64,000 nucleotides of DNA from a virus, in IMG/VR virus record IMGVR_UViG_3300021541_000005. One strand, written 5' to 3'. The notes under the pieces were generated by a model. The model saw only the letters and a program-made list of their open reading frames with translations. It ran no database searches and was not told the origin of the DNA. The translations under genes and the position numbers were made by a program. This document shows, in pieces, positions 45,394-54,678 of this stretch (the stretch's first letter is position 1; each line of letters begins with the position of its first letter).

Positions 45394-45810
45394 ATGGCTT
45401 TAGAATCTTGGAATGATTTAACTCTTACAGAGAAACGTAAAATCCGCAAGGGTTTTATACGTAATCCTCATAAAGCTTATGAGAGATTACGTGCTCAAGC
45501 TGAAGGAGAGACTCCAGACCCTACACCTACTCCTGATCCAGAACCTGAATTTACTCCTGTAGTTTATGCTTTCACTTCTTATAGTGATGCTGAAAAAACT
45601 ACTGAATGGGGTACTGGAACTGTAGAAACAACTGGTGTAGAATCTAATGGATATACTGAGGTTGAAGTGAAAACTAACTCTGTTGATGGTTTCGTTGGTA
45701 ATAAGTATTATATTATTTCTTCTGCTAAGACTGATGGAACTGTTTATGAGTTATTCACTGATGCTGGTACTACTTCAGCGGAGATTTTTGTAACTATTAC
45801 TGCAAACTAA
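45394..45810 (+). CDS. Putative head decoration protein (copy)
   Basis: Identical to 2979-3395. Confidence 0.5.
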   Translation: MALESWNDLTLTEKRKIRKGFIRNPHKAYERLRAQAEGETPDPTPTPDPEPEFTPVVYAFTSYSDAEKTTEWGTGTVETTGVESNGYTEVEVKTNSVDGFVGNKYYIISSAKTDGTVYELFTDAGTTSAEIFVTITAN

Positions 45811-45826
45811 AAGAGATGGTGATTTT

Positions 45827-46255
45827 ATGTTTTGTACTGTAGATGAAGTAATAGATTTTACTGGTTTGAAACCAAAGCATTTAAATTTATCAACAGATGA
45901 TGAAAGCAAATTGGAGGATATTGTCGAGAATTGGATTAAACAATCCACTTCTTTAATTAAAGACTACTGTAATAATGACTTCAAAAAGTATGGTGAAAAT
46001 ATACCAGAAGCAGTGCAAAATGTATGCATCAGATTAACCGGCAATATGGTTGCATTAGCCACAGCCAGAAGGGATACACCAATAACACAGGTCAATGATT
46101 GGCAAGTAAACATTGTAAACATGCGTGTATTCAGCAATGACCTTAAAGACGACCTTGCACCATATGTAATAGACAAATCCCGTAAATCAGATAAAATAGA
46201 ATTCTTTGCAATAACAGGAGAGGATGATGGTAAAAGTTATCATAAACGTAGATGA
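45827..46255 (+). CDS. Head-tail adaptor (copy)
   Basis: Identical to 3412-3840. Confidence 0.72.
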   Translation: MFCTVDEVIDFTGLKPKHLNLSTDDESKLEDIVENWIKQSTSLIKDYCNNDFKKYGENIPEAVQNVCIRLTGNMVALATARRDTPITQVNDWQVNIVNMRVFSNDLKDDLAPYVIDKSRKSDKIEFFAITGEDDGKSYHKRR

Positions 46256-46685
46256 TTCACAATACCAGCGTATTAGTGATAAACTACCACAAATCAAACA
46301 AAGAGGATTAAAATTAACAGGTCAAGACATGTTAAGAAACCTAGGTTTGAATAGTCCTGTTGATCATGGATTACTCAGACAATGGTTCTTTGCTAGTACC
46401 TCACCTGAACAGATAGAAATCCGAACTCCAGCAAAATATGCTATTTTTCCAAATGATGGGACAGGAATCTACAACGGTGGAAGTGTAATAAAACCTAAAA
46501 AAGGGAAAGCATTAGCCTTCAAACCAGGTAAAAAATGGAAAGGTCCTGTAAACAAAGATGGATATGCCTTCCTAAAATATAGTAAAGGTCAAAAAGGCCA
46601 ACATTTCGTTGAAAAAAGCATTAAACAAACTCAAGGAAAAATACAGGAGATATTTATAAAATCAGTAAATGAAGTGATACAATGA
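46224..46685 (+). CDS. HK97 gp10-like protein (copy)
   Basis: Identical to 3809-4270. Confidence 0.75.
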   Translation: MMVKVIINVDDSQYQRISDKLPQIKQRGLKLTGQDMLRNLGLNSPVDHGLLRQWFFASTSPEQIEIRTPAKYAIFPNDGTGIYNGGSVIKPKKGKALAFKPGKKWKGPVNKDGYAFLKYSKGQKGQHFVEKSIKQTQGKIQEIFIKSVNEVIQ

Positions 46686-47221
46686 ACATAATCACAGGCT
46701 TCGAAGCAGTTAGCCAAATCATAAAAGAATGCATAACATCAGAAAACACTCCAGAAGGAATGTTAAATGATGTGCTTTCAGTAATAACTGTTGCCAATAA
46801 TGAGGAAGGTATTGATGAACCAGCTATATGGATTCGTCAACATCCAACAATACCCTATGATAATGCGAAAACAAGATTATCACGTGATATTGATTTAATT
46901 ACTACTTTTGAATTTGTATGTATTGAATATGATCCTGACCCTGAAATTGCTGAGTTAAAAGGTCAAAACCTTGCAAGCCGTGCATGTTTAGCAGTCATGA
47001 AAAACTTACAACATATACAAAAAGAGTATGGGGTACGTGTTATAAACAATATCTATTTTGTAGCCTTCTATCCTGTTGGAGAAATTGAGATTAGAGGTAA
47101 ACGTGAAAAAGTACCTGCTACTAGCATTGTTATAAGCGTAAAACATAATATTGACTGGTTAAACTGTTGTAAACGAAAAAATAACGAAAATAATAATGAT
47201 GATAATGATGATGGTGATTAA
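46682..47221 (+). CDS. Putative tail terminator (copy)
   Basis: Identical to 4267-4806. Confidence 0.55.
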   Translation: MNIITGFEAVSQIIKECITSENTPEGMLNDVLSVITVANNEEGIDEPAIWIRQHPTIPYDNAKTRLSRDIDLITTFEFVCIEYDPDPEIAELKGQNLASRACLAVMKNLQHIQKEYGVRVINNIYFVAFYPVGEIEIRGKREKVPATSIVISVKHNIDWLNCCKRKNNENNNDDNDDGD

Positions 47222-47223
47222 AA

Positions 47224-48255
47224 ATGAGTTGTAGAGTATTTGGTTTAGAACCAGAAGCTGCCTATGGTGAGGAAGTAGACAAAGATGATTTTCACTTACT
47301 TTTTGACCATGATGTAGACAGCATGGATTTTAAACTCAATGACGAACCGGTAACCAAAAGTTTCGGTTCAAGAATGAATCAAAAAGCAAGAGCTGGAGTA
47401 ATCAAACCAACAGGTAGTATAGAAACTTCAGCAAACCTCCAAATATTAGGAGCTTACTTTTACGGATTCTTAGATAATTATAAGTTCACAGCAGGCCAAA
47501 ATGGTAAAAACACCCATGAGTTCTGGGGTGGTGAATCTAAATTATTAAAAAGTTTCAGAGGAAAAGCAGTTAACGACGATTTAATTTTCTACTTAATGGG
47601 TTTAATCGTCGATTCAATGAAACTCGAAGTATCTTCAGAAGACATGACTCTTGGAACTGACTTCATTTATAAAACAGAATTCTCTCAAATTTTAGCCGGT
47701 GAAAACGATTACGAAAGAGCCGAAGAACTAGAAGATGATTTATTCATAATGTTTTACGATGTCATGTTAAAACTCAATGGTAATGACCCTGCCGGCGTGC
47801 AGACAAGTTTTACCTTCGAAGGAAGTAACAATCATGACGTTGACAAAACAATAGGCTTTGGTTACAGACATCCACAGGGACAAGCAAAAGCAGGAAAAAG
47901 AGAAAACAGTATCAGCATTGTAACTACACTTACTCAAGAAACTGTAAGAGCAATATTAGATGCAAGATACGGTGATGTAGACCTTCTTGAACCTGCAAAA
48001 TGTAAAATATTACAGGTCCCATTACAAATTGATGTTGAATTATGTGAATATCCTGGCCTTGGATTAACTATTTTATTCCCTAAATGTACTCTCTTAGCTG
48101 AATTCGACAGTAGTGGTATTGATGATGTGGAAGCAACATTAAATATGGCTACATTAGGTTCTGAAGAGGTTACATTAGCCGATGGAACTACTAAGAAAAC
48201 AGATATGTATGTTAAATTAGTCAATAAACAACCTAAGATAGCTCCCAGCATCTGA
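47224..48255 (+). CDS. Major tail protein (copy)
   Basis: Identical to 4809-5840. Confidence 0.78.
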   Translation: MSCRVFGLEPEAAYGEEVDKDDFHLLFDHDVDSMDFKLNDEPVTKSFGSRMNQKARAGVIKPTGSIETSANLQILGAYFYGFLDNYKFTAGQNGKNTHEFWGGESKLLKSFRGKAVNDDLIFYLMGLIVDSMKLEVSSEDMTLGTDFIYKTEFSQILAGENDYERAEELEDDLFIMFYDVMLKLNGNDPAGVQTSFTFEGSNNHDVDKTIGFGYRHPQGQAKAGKRENSISIVTTLTQETVRAILDARYGDVDLLEPAKCKILQVPLQIDVELCEYPGLGLTILFPKCTLLAEFDSSGIDDVEATLNMATLGSEEVTLADGTTKKTDMYVKLVNKQPKIAPSI

Positions 48256-48505
48256 GGTGAATCCTGAAACTATTGATGATTTAGCAATAAGCGTAACTGA
48301 TGGAACAAATCCTGTAAGTCAAGTTGAAGTTGCAATAGGAGAAATCACAGGCACTACTGGTAGTCAAGGTGGATGTACCTTGCATGATGTTCCTGTAGGC
48401 ACGGTTACTGTAACAGCAACTAAAACCGGTTACGTAACTTACAGTCAGGAAGTAACAATTACTTCTAGCACTGAAACTTTAGATATTACTTTAGAGCCTC
48501 AATAA
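48245..48505 (+). CDS. Ig-like tail tube extension (copy)
   Basis: Identical to 5830-6090. Confidence 0.65.
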   Translation, partial: PASEVNPETIDDLAISVTDGTNPVSQVEVAIGEITGTTGSQGGCTLHDVPVGTVTVTATKTGYVTYSQEVTITSSTETLDITLEPQ

Positions 48506-48572
48506 ACCTATTATAATATTTTTTTTTTAGAATGAGGCTAAAAACTTTTATTATTTTTCAAAATTATAAAGA

Positions 48573-49016
48573 ATGGAGGCATTTAAAATGGCAATATTAA
48601 AAAAATCACAAATTTTACAAGGTATCAACGACCCTAAAAAAATACGCATTGAAGCATTAGATGGTGAACTCTGGTTAAGACCATTATCTAATTCAGAGTT
48701 AGATGAACTTGATAAAATCGAAGCTAAAGGAATGGAATCCTACGAAACCAATAGTAAATCTCGTGGTAGAATACAAGGGGAAACCGTTGCCAAAGGAAAA
48801 ATAAACGTTCATTTAGCAACTGTTAATGGTGCAAAAGCACGTGATCGTAAAATAGAAATGAGTCTTGACAATCCTAAAAATGCGGATGATCCATGGACTG
48901 AAGAGGACATTGGAAAATTACCGCGTGATGCAGTAAATGAAATCGTTGATGCAATTAATGAATTATCTGGCCTTGAGGTTACAAAAGGAGATATAGATAA
49001 ATTTCCTGAAGAGTGA
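48573..49016 (+). CDS. Tail assembly chaperone (copy)
   Basis: Identical to 6158-6601. Confidence 0.72.
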   Translation: MEAFKMAILKKSQILQGINDPKKIRIEALDGELWLRPLSNSELDELDKIEAKGMESYETNSKSRGRIQGETVAKGKINVHLATVNGAKARDRKIEMSLDNPKNADDPWTEEDIGKLPRDAVNEIVDAINELSGLEVTKGDIDKFPEE

Positions 49017-49158
49017 TGAAGGGCAAGACATAATCTGGTTAGATTACTGCGGATACCATTTATGTGAACGTAGCAGTGATTTAACTTACATTCAATCTTA
49101 TTTTATTAGTAAAGGGCGTGCTGAATTACATAAAAAAATGAATGAAGTAAAAAAATAA
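49003..49158 (+). CDS. Chaperone frameshift extension (copy)
   Basis: Identical to 6588-6743. Confidence 0.7.
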   Translation, partial: FLKSDEGQDIIWLDYCGYHLCERSSDLTYIQSYFISKGRAELHKKMNEVKK

Positions 49159-49173
49159 AGGGCGGTTTTAATA

Positions 49174-52100
49174 ATGGTTTCTGAAAATATTGTTAAAATT
49201 ATATTAAAAATGGAAGACCAAGCCACCCAAATGGCTCAAAAAGCAGATCAAGCTATTAGTAAATTAGGTAATACAGCACAAACCTCAAATCAAAAAGCAT
49301 CACAATCTGCACAACAGTTGACTCAAAAATATGAAAGTACTAATGATAGTATTAGGCGAGTGGGTCAGGCTGTTGAAAAAGTTGGTCAAAATGGTGCTAA
49401 ATCATTTAATAATATGGGTGAGGCTACTCAAAAAGCTGTTATTAACTTTAATAGGTTAGATGAACAGTCCCAAAATGTTATTCGCCATATGGGTAATTTA
49501 GATGATGAAAGTAGACAAACATTCCTTGGAATGTATAGTTATGCTCAGGATGCTATATCTAAATTTGATGCTTTACAAAATGAAACTAGAACTTGGGGCA
49601 CAACTTTTGATTATACTAGAAGTAAAATGCAGCTAATGGGTACTAATGTTGACTCATTAAAAGGTAAAATACAAGTTGTAGGTTCCAGTATTACAACTCA
49701 TTTAGGTAATAAATGGGATACTATCAAATCAAAAGTAACTGTTTTTGGAAATTATATCACAAGCCATTTGTCTAGTGCATTATCTACTGTTAGAAGTAAA
49801 ATTCAAAGTTTAGGTGATGCTTTTACTGGTATTGGTGGGGTAATCTCAACAGTATTTGGTGGGATTGGTTTAAAAGCAATGACAGATATGACAATAGGCG
49901 CATCAATTAACAGAGATAGGATTAAATCATTATCTTTTGCAATGTTGGGTTATGGAGAGTCATTTGAATCTTTTAGCAAAGGAATATGGAAACAAATGGA
50001 CTCTATGACAAATGCTAGTTTAGTGTCTTTGGATCAATTATCTCAAGCAGCATCTGTTGTAAAAATGAGCACTAATGCATCAAAAGAACAAATGAAAGAA
50101 TTATTGCCTGTATTAAATGATATAGGTCAAAGAGCCATATTGATGGGTAAATCTGGTGATGAGGCCATGGGACTTATGCAGGCAGCAGGTAAAGGTCTCA
50201 ACGGCGAATTTGAAATGCTCAGAGAAAACTTTGGTATCACAAAAGAAAAACTTGAAAATGCCGGATGGAATGGTAGTGCAGAAGATATTGATGGTTATAC
50301 TCAAGCATTAAAAAAGTGTTTAGCAGAAAGTGGTGACGTCAATGGTATGATGGATACTACTTCTGGGAAAATTACACGATTACAGAAAATGTGGAATGTT
50401 TCAGCTAGAAGTTTAGGTGATCAATTTAAACCAGCTCTAGATCAAGCACTAAATTCTCTACTCAAATTTCTTGATGCAGATAATAATGGAGAAATAGATA
50501 AACAGGCTCAAGGATGGGTTCAATGTGCTGTCGGTGCTATGACAGCAGCAAGTGCTTTTGCAACATTAGCTCCATCAATCGCTCCAGCGTTACAAGTAAT
50601 GGATATGTTTTTCAGTAAAGGTAGGGCAGTATTAACATTTTTAGGTTTACTTGAAGCTGAGGAGGGTGCTTTAACAGCTTCTACTTTAGCGAATACTATA
50701 GCTGAGAAAGCAAATGCTATTGCAAAAGCAGCAAAAGGCGTTACAACAGCTGAGTTAACTGCTGAAGAGGTGGCTCTTGGTGCTGCTGAAGCAGGTTTAA
50801 CTGCTGAAGAAATTGCTGCTGCGGCTGCCCATGCAGGAAGTGCTGTTGCTATGACTGCTGAAGGTGCTGCTGCTGTAACTGCTGCTGGTGGAACAACTAC
50901 TTTAACTGGTGCTTTATGGGGAATGACTACTGCATTATTGTCTAACCCTATTACATGGATTGTTGTAGCATTAGTTGCTTTGGCTGTTGCTGTTTATGAA
51001 GTAGGTAAAGCATTTGGATGGTGGAAAGATATTCCAACATTACTTGCAGCGGTTTGGTCAGGAATACAAAGGATGTGGAATGCATTTATTAATCATCCTG
51101 ATGTTAAAGCAGTGATTGGAGTTTTAGTTACTGCTTGGAATAGTCTTGTTTCTGCTATAGGATGGGTAATAAGTAAAGTTGAAGAGTTCTTTGGTATTCA
51201 TATTAATGGGGAATTTGATGTTGTTCATGCTATTATCGAAGGAATTGGCGTTGCATGGCAAGTAATAACTATGCCTATCCGTACTGTAATTAGCATTATA
51301 CAATTTTTAATACCTGTGTTTCAATCTGTTGCTTCAGCAGTGCAGACTGCTCAAAGTAAATTTGGTGCTTTCGGAGGATTTTTAGCTACTATGGCCTCTC
51401 CAATAATCTTTGTATGGGAATTATTAAGAAAAATTGTATGTATATTGCTCGGTTGTAGTCCAGGTATTGTTCCAGCATTACAAAGAACTTGGGAAGTATT
51501 TCAGGAAGTATTCAATGCTATTGCAGGATTTATTGGTGGTATTATTTCACCTATTGTGGAATCTATTAGGCCTTTAATTGATATTTTTGTGGAAATAGTA
51601 ACGTATCTTGTTGAAATGTTTATGCCTGCATGGGATTTACTCAGTAATATATTATTGGTAATCTGGAATGCAGTATCTCAGCTTATTAATATTTTCCAGG
51701 CATTTCTTAGTGGTCAAATTACTTTACCTCAAATGTTGAATATGATCTGGAATTTGATTTTGACTGCATATATGACAATTTTAACAATGATTATTAATTT
51801 TGTCTTCCAATGGGCAGGTCAAATTGTAAGTGCAGCAATTAATGCTGCTTCAGGTTTTGTTAATGGTATTATTACTTATATTAGTGGTTTACCTGGCAGA
51901 TTCTTTAGTTATTTGGCTCAAACTACTAGTAATATTATTAATGCTGGTGCTCAATGGGTTAATACTGCTAGGCAAAAAGCTAGTGAAATGGTTAACAGTG
52001 CTTCAACTACTGTACAACAATTACCCGGTAAAATTTATACGGAGTTTACTAAGGTTCCTGATCGTATACGTGAAGCTATACCTCAGGCTATAGCTGCTGC

Positions 52101-53895
52101 ATTAAACTTTGGTAAAGAAATTATTAATGGTGTACTCAACGCTATGGGTATACATTCACCAGGTATTATTCAAAATAGTATTACTGATGAATTCAAGAAC
52201 TCTGTTCAAAAGATTAAGGATGCTATTAAGCCGGCTGGTGAGTATGCAAGGCAAGTTGGTGCAGAGATAGTTGATAAATTTGGTGAACCGAAATTATCAT
52301 TGGATACTGATGATTTAATGCCTTATTATGATTTGGATGAAAATCCGTTAGAAAATGTTGATTTAGCCAGTATGGATTTATCTAGTGTGTCTGGTGGTTT
52401 GGATTCTGCAATGGGTATGACTGATGATACTAATGTTATGATTGGTGAATCTTATGATGCATTAGCAACAATGATGATGACTACTTTGCAGAATATGGTT
52501 TTACAGGATCAATTTGCTTATGGTCAAATTCAGTCTAATGATTTAGCTACTTTCCAGAATATTAGTACTGGTTTGAACTTGAATTTGTTGTCTATGAGTA
52601 ATAATCTTCGTACTCAGTTAAATCTTATGTTATTAACTCATCGTACTGCTATGACTAGTGCTACTAATACTACTCGTCAGCAATTGGCGTTAATGTTGAA
52701 TGAAACAATGAAAGTCACCAGTGAGATGAGGTCTGCATGGGCGGTAATGGCAGACAGTATAATAAGTGCTGCTGCAAGGATTAAAAATGAAGCTACTGCT
52801 TACTTTGACCAGTTATCTTCTACGATTGGTACTTTTTACAGGAAATTGCAGAATCCATCACAGTGGGCTGGTGGTGATTCTACTGGATCACCTTCTACTA
52901 TAAGGCGTGTTGGTCGTGACCCTGCGGTTATGACTCGTATCACTCGTGGTGTGGCTAATAGTTTAAGACGTGATAATCAATTGCCTTACACTATTACTGC
53001 GGTTAAAGCGATGGATAATGGATTGGTTAGTCCTGTAACCTTGGAGTATATGGATAAAACTGCATCTGATAATTTAAATCTTATTGATTTGATTCAACGT
53101 GGTGCCTGTCCTAATTGTTTTGCTGGTGGATGGGATGCTGTTGCAGATCCAAACATTGCTTATATTAAGCAGACTGCTCGTGAGTGGCAAATGAAAGGGC
53201 CTGCTGTGCATACTGGTGTTGGTGATATTGACACTGGTTTATCTTTCCGTGTTAAAGACTTTGAAGGTGGAACACCGCATATTAGTTGGGAATCCTTTGT
53301 TAGGATTGCTACGGCGATTGCTAGTGCAATACCTTATGAATTGTACTACAATAGTGATGCTCATGGCTCTTGGCAAAATGCTATTGCTGCGGGTTCATGG
53401 AATTGTTATGATGGTGCTTCTGCAATGGTGGCTCTTGCAAATACCTGTGGTTATGGTGGTTATGTTGATTGTGGTTTGAATTGGGGTGGTTTTGGTCATT
53501 GTGCTGCTATTATTAATGGTTATACTTTCGATACAACTGCTTTAAGGCAACGTGGTGGTTGGACTGCTGGTCCATGCAGTTATAGTCATCCGGCACCATC
53601 TGCTGGAGGTCCAATTAATGTTCATATTCCTGGAGGCAGATCTGCTCCACGTACACATTCCAATCCATTAGAAGGATTATTTGACAATAATAATTCTAGG
53701 GGTAATGTTGAAGAGGTTAAATTAACATTAGAACATAAAGTGGATGTTACTGTTGATGGTAATGTTGAAAATATTGGTACTGATGCATTAATCAAAGAAT
53801 TAACTGAGTCAGTCACTGATAAAAGATTGATTGACCGTATTGCTGATGCATTAATTAAAAGGGATAAACGTATAGCTCGTATGGGAGGTGCATAA
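49174..53895 (+). CDS. Tape measure protein with transglutaminase-like domain (copy)
   Basis: Identical to 6759-11480. Confidence 0.92.
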   Translation: MVSENIVKIILKMEDQATQMAQKADQAISKLGNTAQTSNQKASQSAQQLTQKYESTNDSIRRVGQAVEKVGQNGAKSFNNMGEATQKAVINFNRLDEQSQNVIRHMGNLDDESRQTFLGMYSYAQDAISKFDALQNETRTWGTTFDYTRSKMQLMGTNVDSLKGKIQVVGSSITTHLGNKWDTIKSKVTVFGNYITSHLSSALSTVRSKIQSLGDAFTGIGGVISTVFGGIGLKAMTDMTIGASINRDRIKSLSFAMLGYGESFESFSKGIWKQMDSMTNASLVSLDQLSQAASVVKMSTNASKEQMKELLPVLNDIGQRAILMGKSGDEAMGLMQAAGKGLNGEFEMLRENFGITKEKLENAGWNGSAEDIDGYTQALKKCLAESGDVNGMMDTTSGKITRLQKMWNVSARSLGDQFKPALDQALNSLLKFLDADNNGEIDKQAQGWVQCAVGAMTAASAFATLAPSIAPALQVMDMFFSKGRAVLTFLGLLEAEEGALTASTLANTIAEKANAIAKAAKGVTTAELTAEEVALGAAEAGLTAEEIAAAAAHAGSAVAMTAEGAAAVTAAGGTTTLTGALWGMTTALLSNPITWIVVALVALAVAVYEVGKAFGWWKDIPTLLAAVWSGIQRMWNAFINHPDVKAVIGVLVTAWNSLVSAIGWVISKVEEFFGIHINGEFDVVHAIIEGIGVAWQVITMPIRTVISIIQFLIPVFQSVASAVQTAQSKFGAFGGFLATMASPIIFVWELLRKIVCILLGCSPGIVPALQRTWEVFQEVFNAIAGFIGGIISPIVESIRPLIDIFVEIVTYLVEMFMPAWDLLSNILLVIWNAVSQLINIFQAFLSGQITLPQMLNMIWNLILTAYMTILTMIINFVFQWAGQIVSAAINAASGFVNGIITYISGLPGRFFSYLAQTTSNIINAGAQWVNTARQKASEMVNSASTTVQQLPGKIYTEFTKVPDRIREAIPQAIAAALNFGKEIINGVLNAMGIHSPGIIQNSITDEFKNSVQKIKDAIKPAGEYARQVGAEIVDKFGEPKLSLDTDDLMPYYDLDENPLENVDLASMDLSSVSGGLDSAMGMTDDTNVMIGESYDALATMMMTTLQNMVLQDQFAYGQIQSNDLATFQNISTGLNLNLLSMSNNLRTQLNLMLLTHRTAMTSATNTTRQQLALMLNETMKVTSEMRSAWAVMADSIISAAARIKNEATAYFDQLSSTIGTFYRKLQNPSQWAGGDSTGSPSTIRRVGRDPAVMTRITRGVANSLRRDNQLPYTITAVKAMDNGLVSPVTLEYMDKTASDNLNLIDLIQRGACPNCFAGGWDAVADPNIAYIKQTAREWQMKGPAVHTGVGDIDTGLSFRVKDFEGGTPHISWESFVRIATAIASAIPYELYYNSDAHGSWQNAIAAGSWNCYDGASAMVALANTCGYGGYVDCGLNWGGFGHCAAIINGYTFDTTALRQRGGWTAGPCSYSHPAPSAGGPINVHIPGGRSAPRTHSNPLEGLFDNNNSRGNVEEVKLTLEHKVDVTVDGNVENIGTDALIKELTESVTDKRLIDRIADALIKRDKRIARMGGA

Positions 53896-53898
53896 ATA

Positions 53899-54678
53899 AT
53901 GGAGAAAATAAGTGTTAACCCTGGTAGATGCCGTGTTCATGGTAATATTATAGGTTACAAATATGGTTATTTGGAAACTGATATTGGTTTTCAAAGCCAT
54001 AAATGTGAAGTGGCATTGAATCCCACACAATCAAAAGGATATGAGGATTTTGATGTCTATTCTTTTGCTTTAACAAAAAATTCGAACTTAGTTAATAAGT
54101 TTAATGATAGTATTGCTTACTGTAGTGAAACAGATATTGATGCTATAGGTGGTTTTCTTTATGTTTGTGAGCATTTTGATAGTACATTTGATCCAATAGA
54201 ATCTATTGCGAATATTCAAAATTTCACTAATGGTTATAAATTGGTGGTGAAAAATGATTATCTAGTTAATGGGGTGGACAATACCTCTCCATTTTACCTT
54301 TTAATCCATCAAAACGGTACAGGTGTAGCCATACCATCTGGTACAACAAGGATATTGTTCAGTACTACTTATGAAGCCTCACAACATATCAGTAGCATTA
54401 AAGTAGGCTTTGTTTATTTCGATAAAAACCATAATTATATTTCCAGTAAAGAAATAACTGATATTGCAAATGTCGCAACGGGCAATCGTGGACGTTGTAA
54501 TGTACAAACAACTAACATACCATCCAATGCTAAATATGTGAGTGTTGAATTCCATTTCAAAAATGGTGTAGGACAATACACAAATACCTCTGGAATATTG
54601 AAAAACGATTACTTTAGTATGGAATTAAACTGTTTACTCTTTAACCAAACTTATGGAGGTTTTGTTAAAAATGGCTAG
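53899..54678 (+). CDS. Minor tail protein (copy)
   Basis: Identical to 11484-12263. Confidence 0.45.
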   Translation: MEKISVNPGRCRVHGNIIGYKYGYLETDIGFQSHKCEVALNPTQSKGYEDFDVYSFALTKNSNLVNKFNDSIAYCSETDIDAIGGFLYVCEHFDSTFDPIESIANIQNFTNGYKLVVKNDYLVNGVDNTSPFYLLIHQNGTGVAIPSGTTRILFSTTYEASQHISSIKVGFVYFDKNHNYISSKEITDIANVATGNRGRCNVQTTNIPSNAKYVSVEFHFKNGVGQYTNTSGILKNDYFSMELNCLLFNQTYGGFVKNG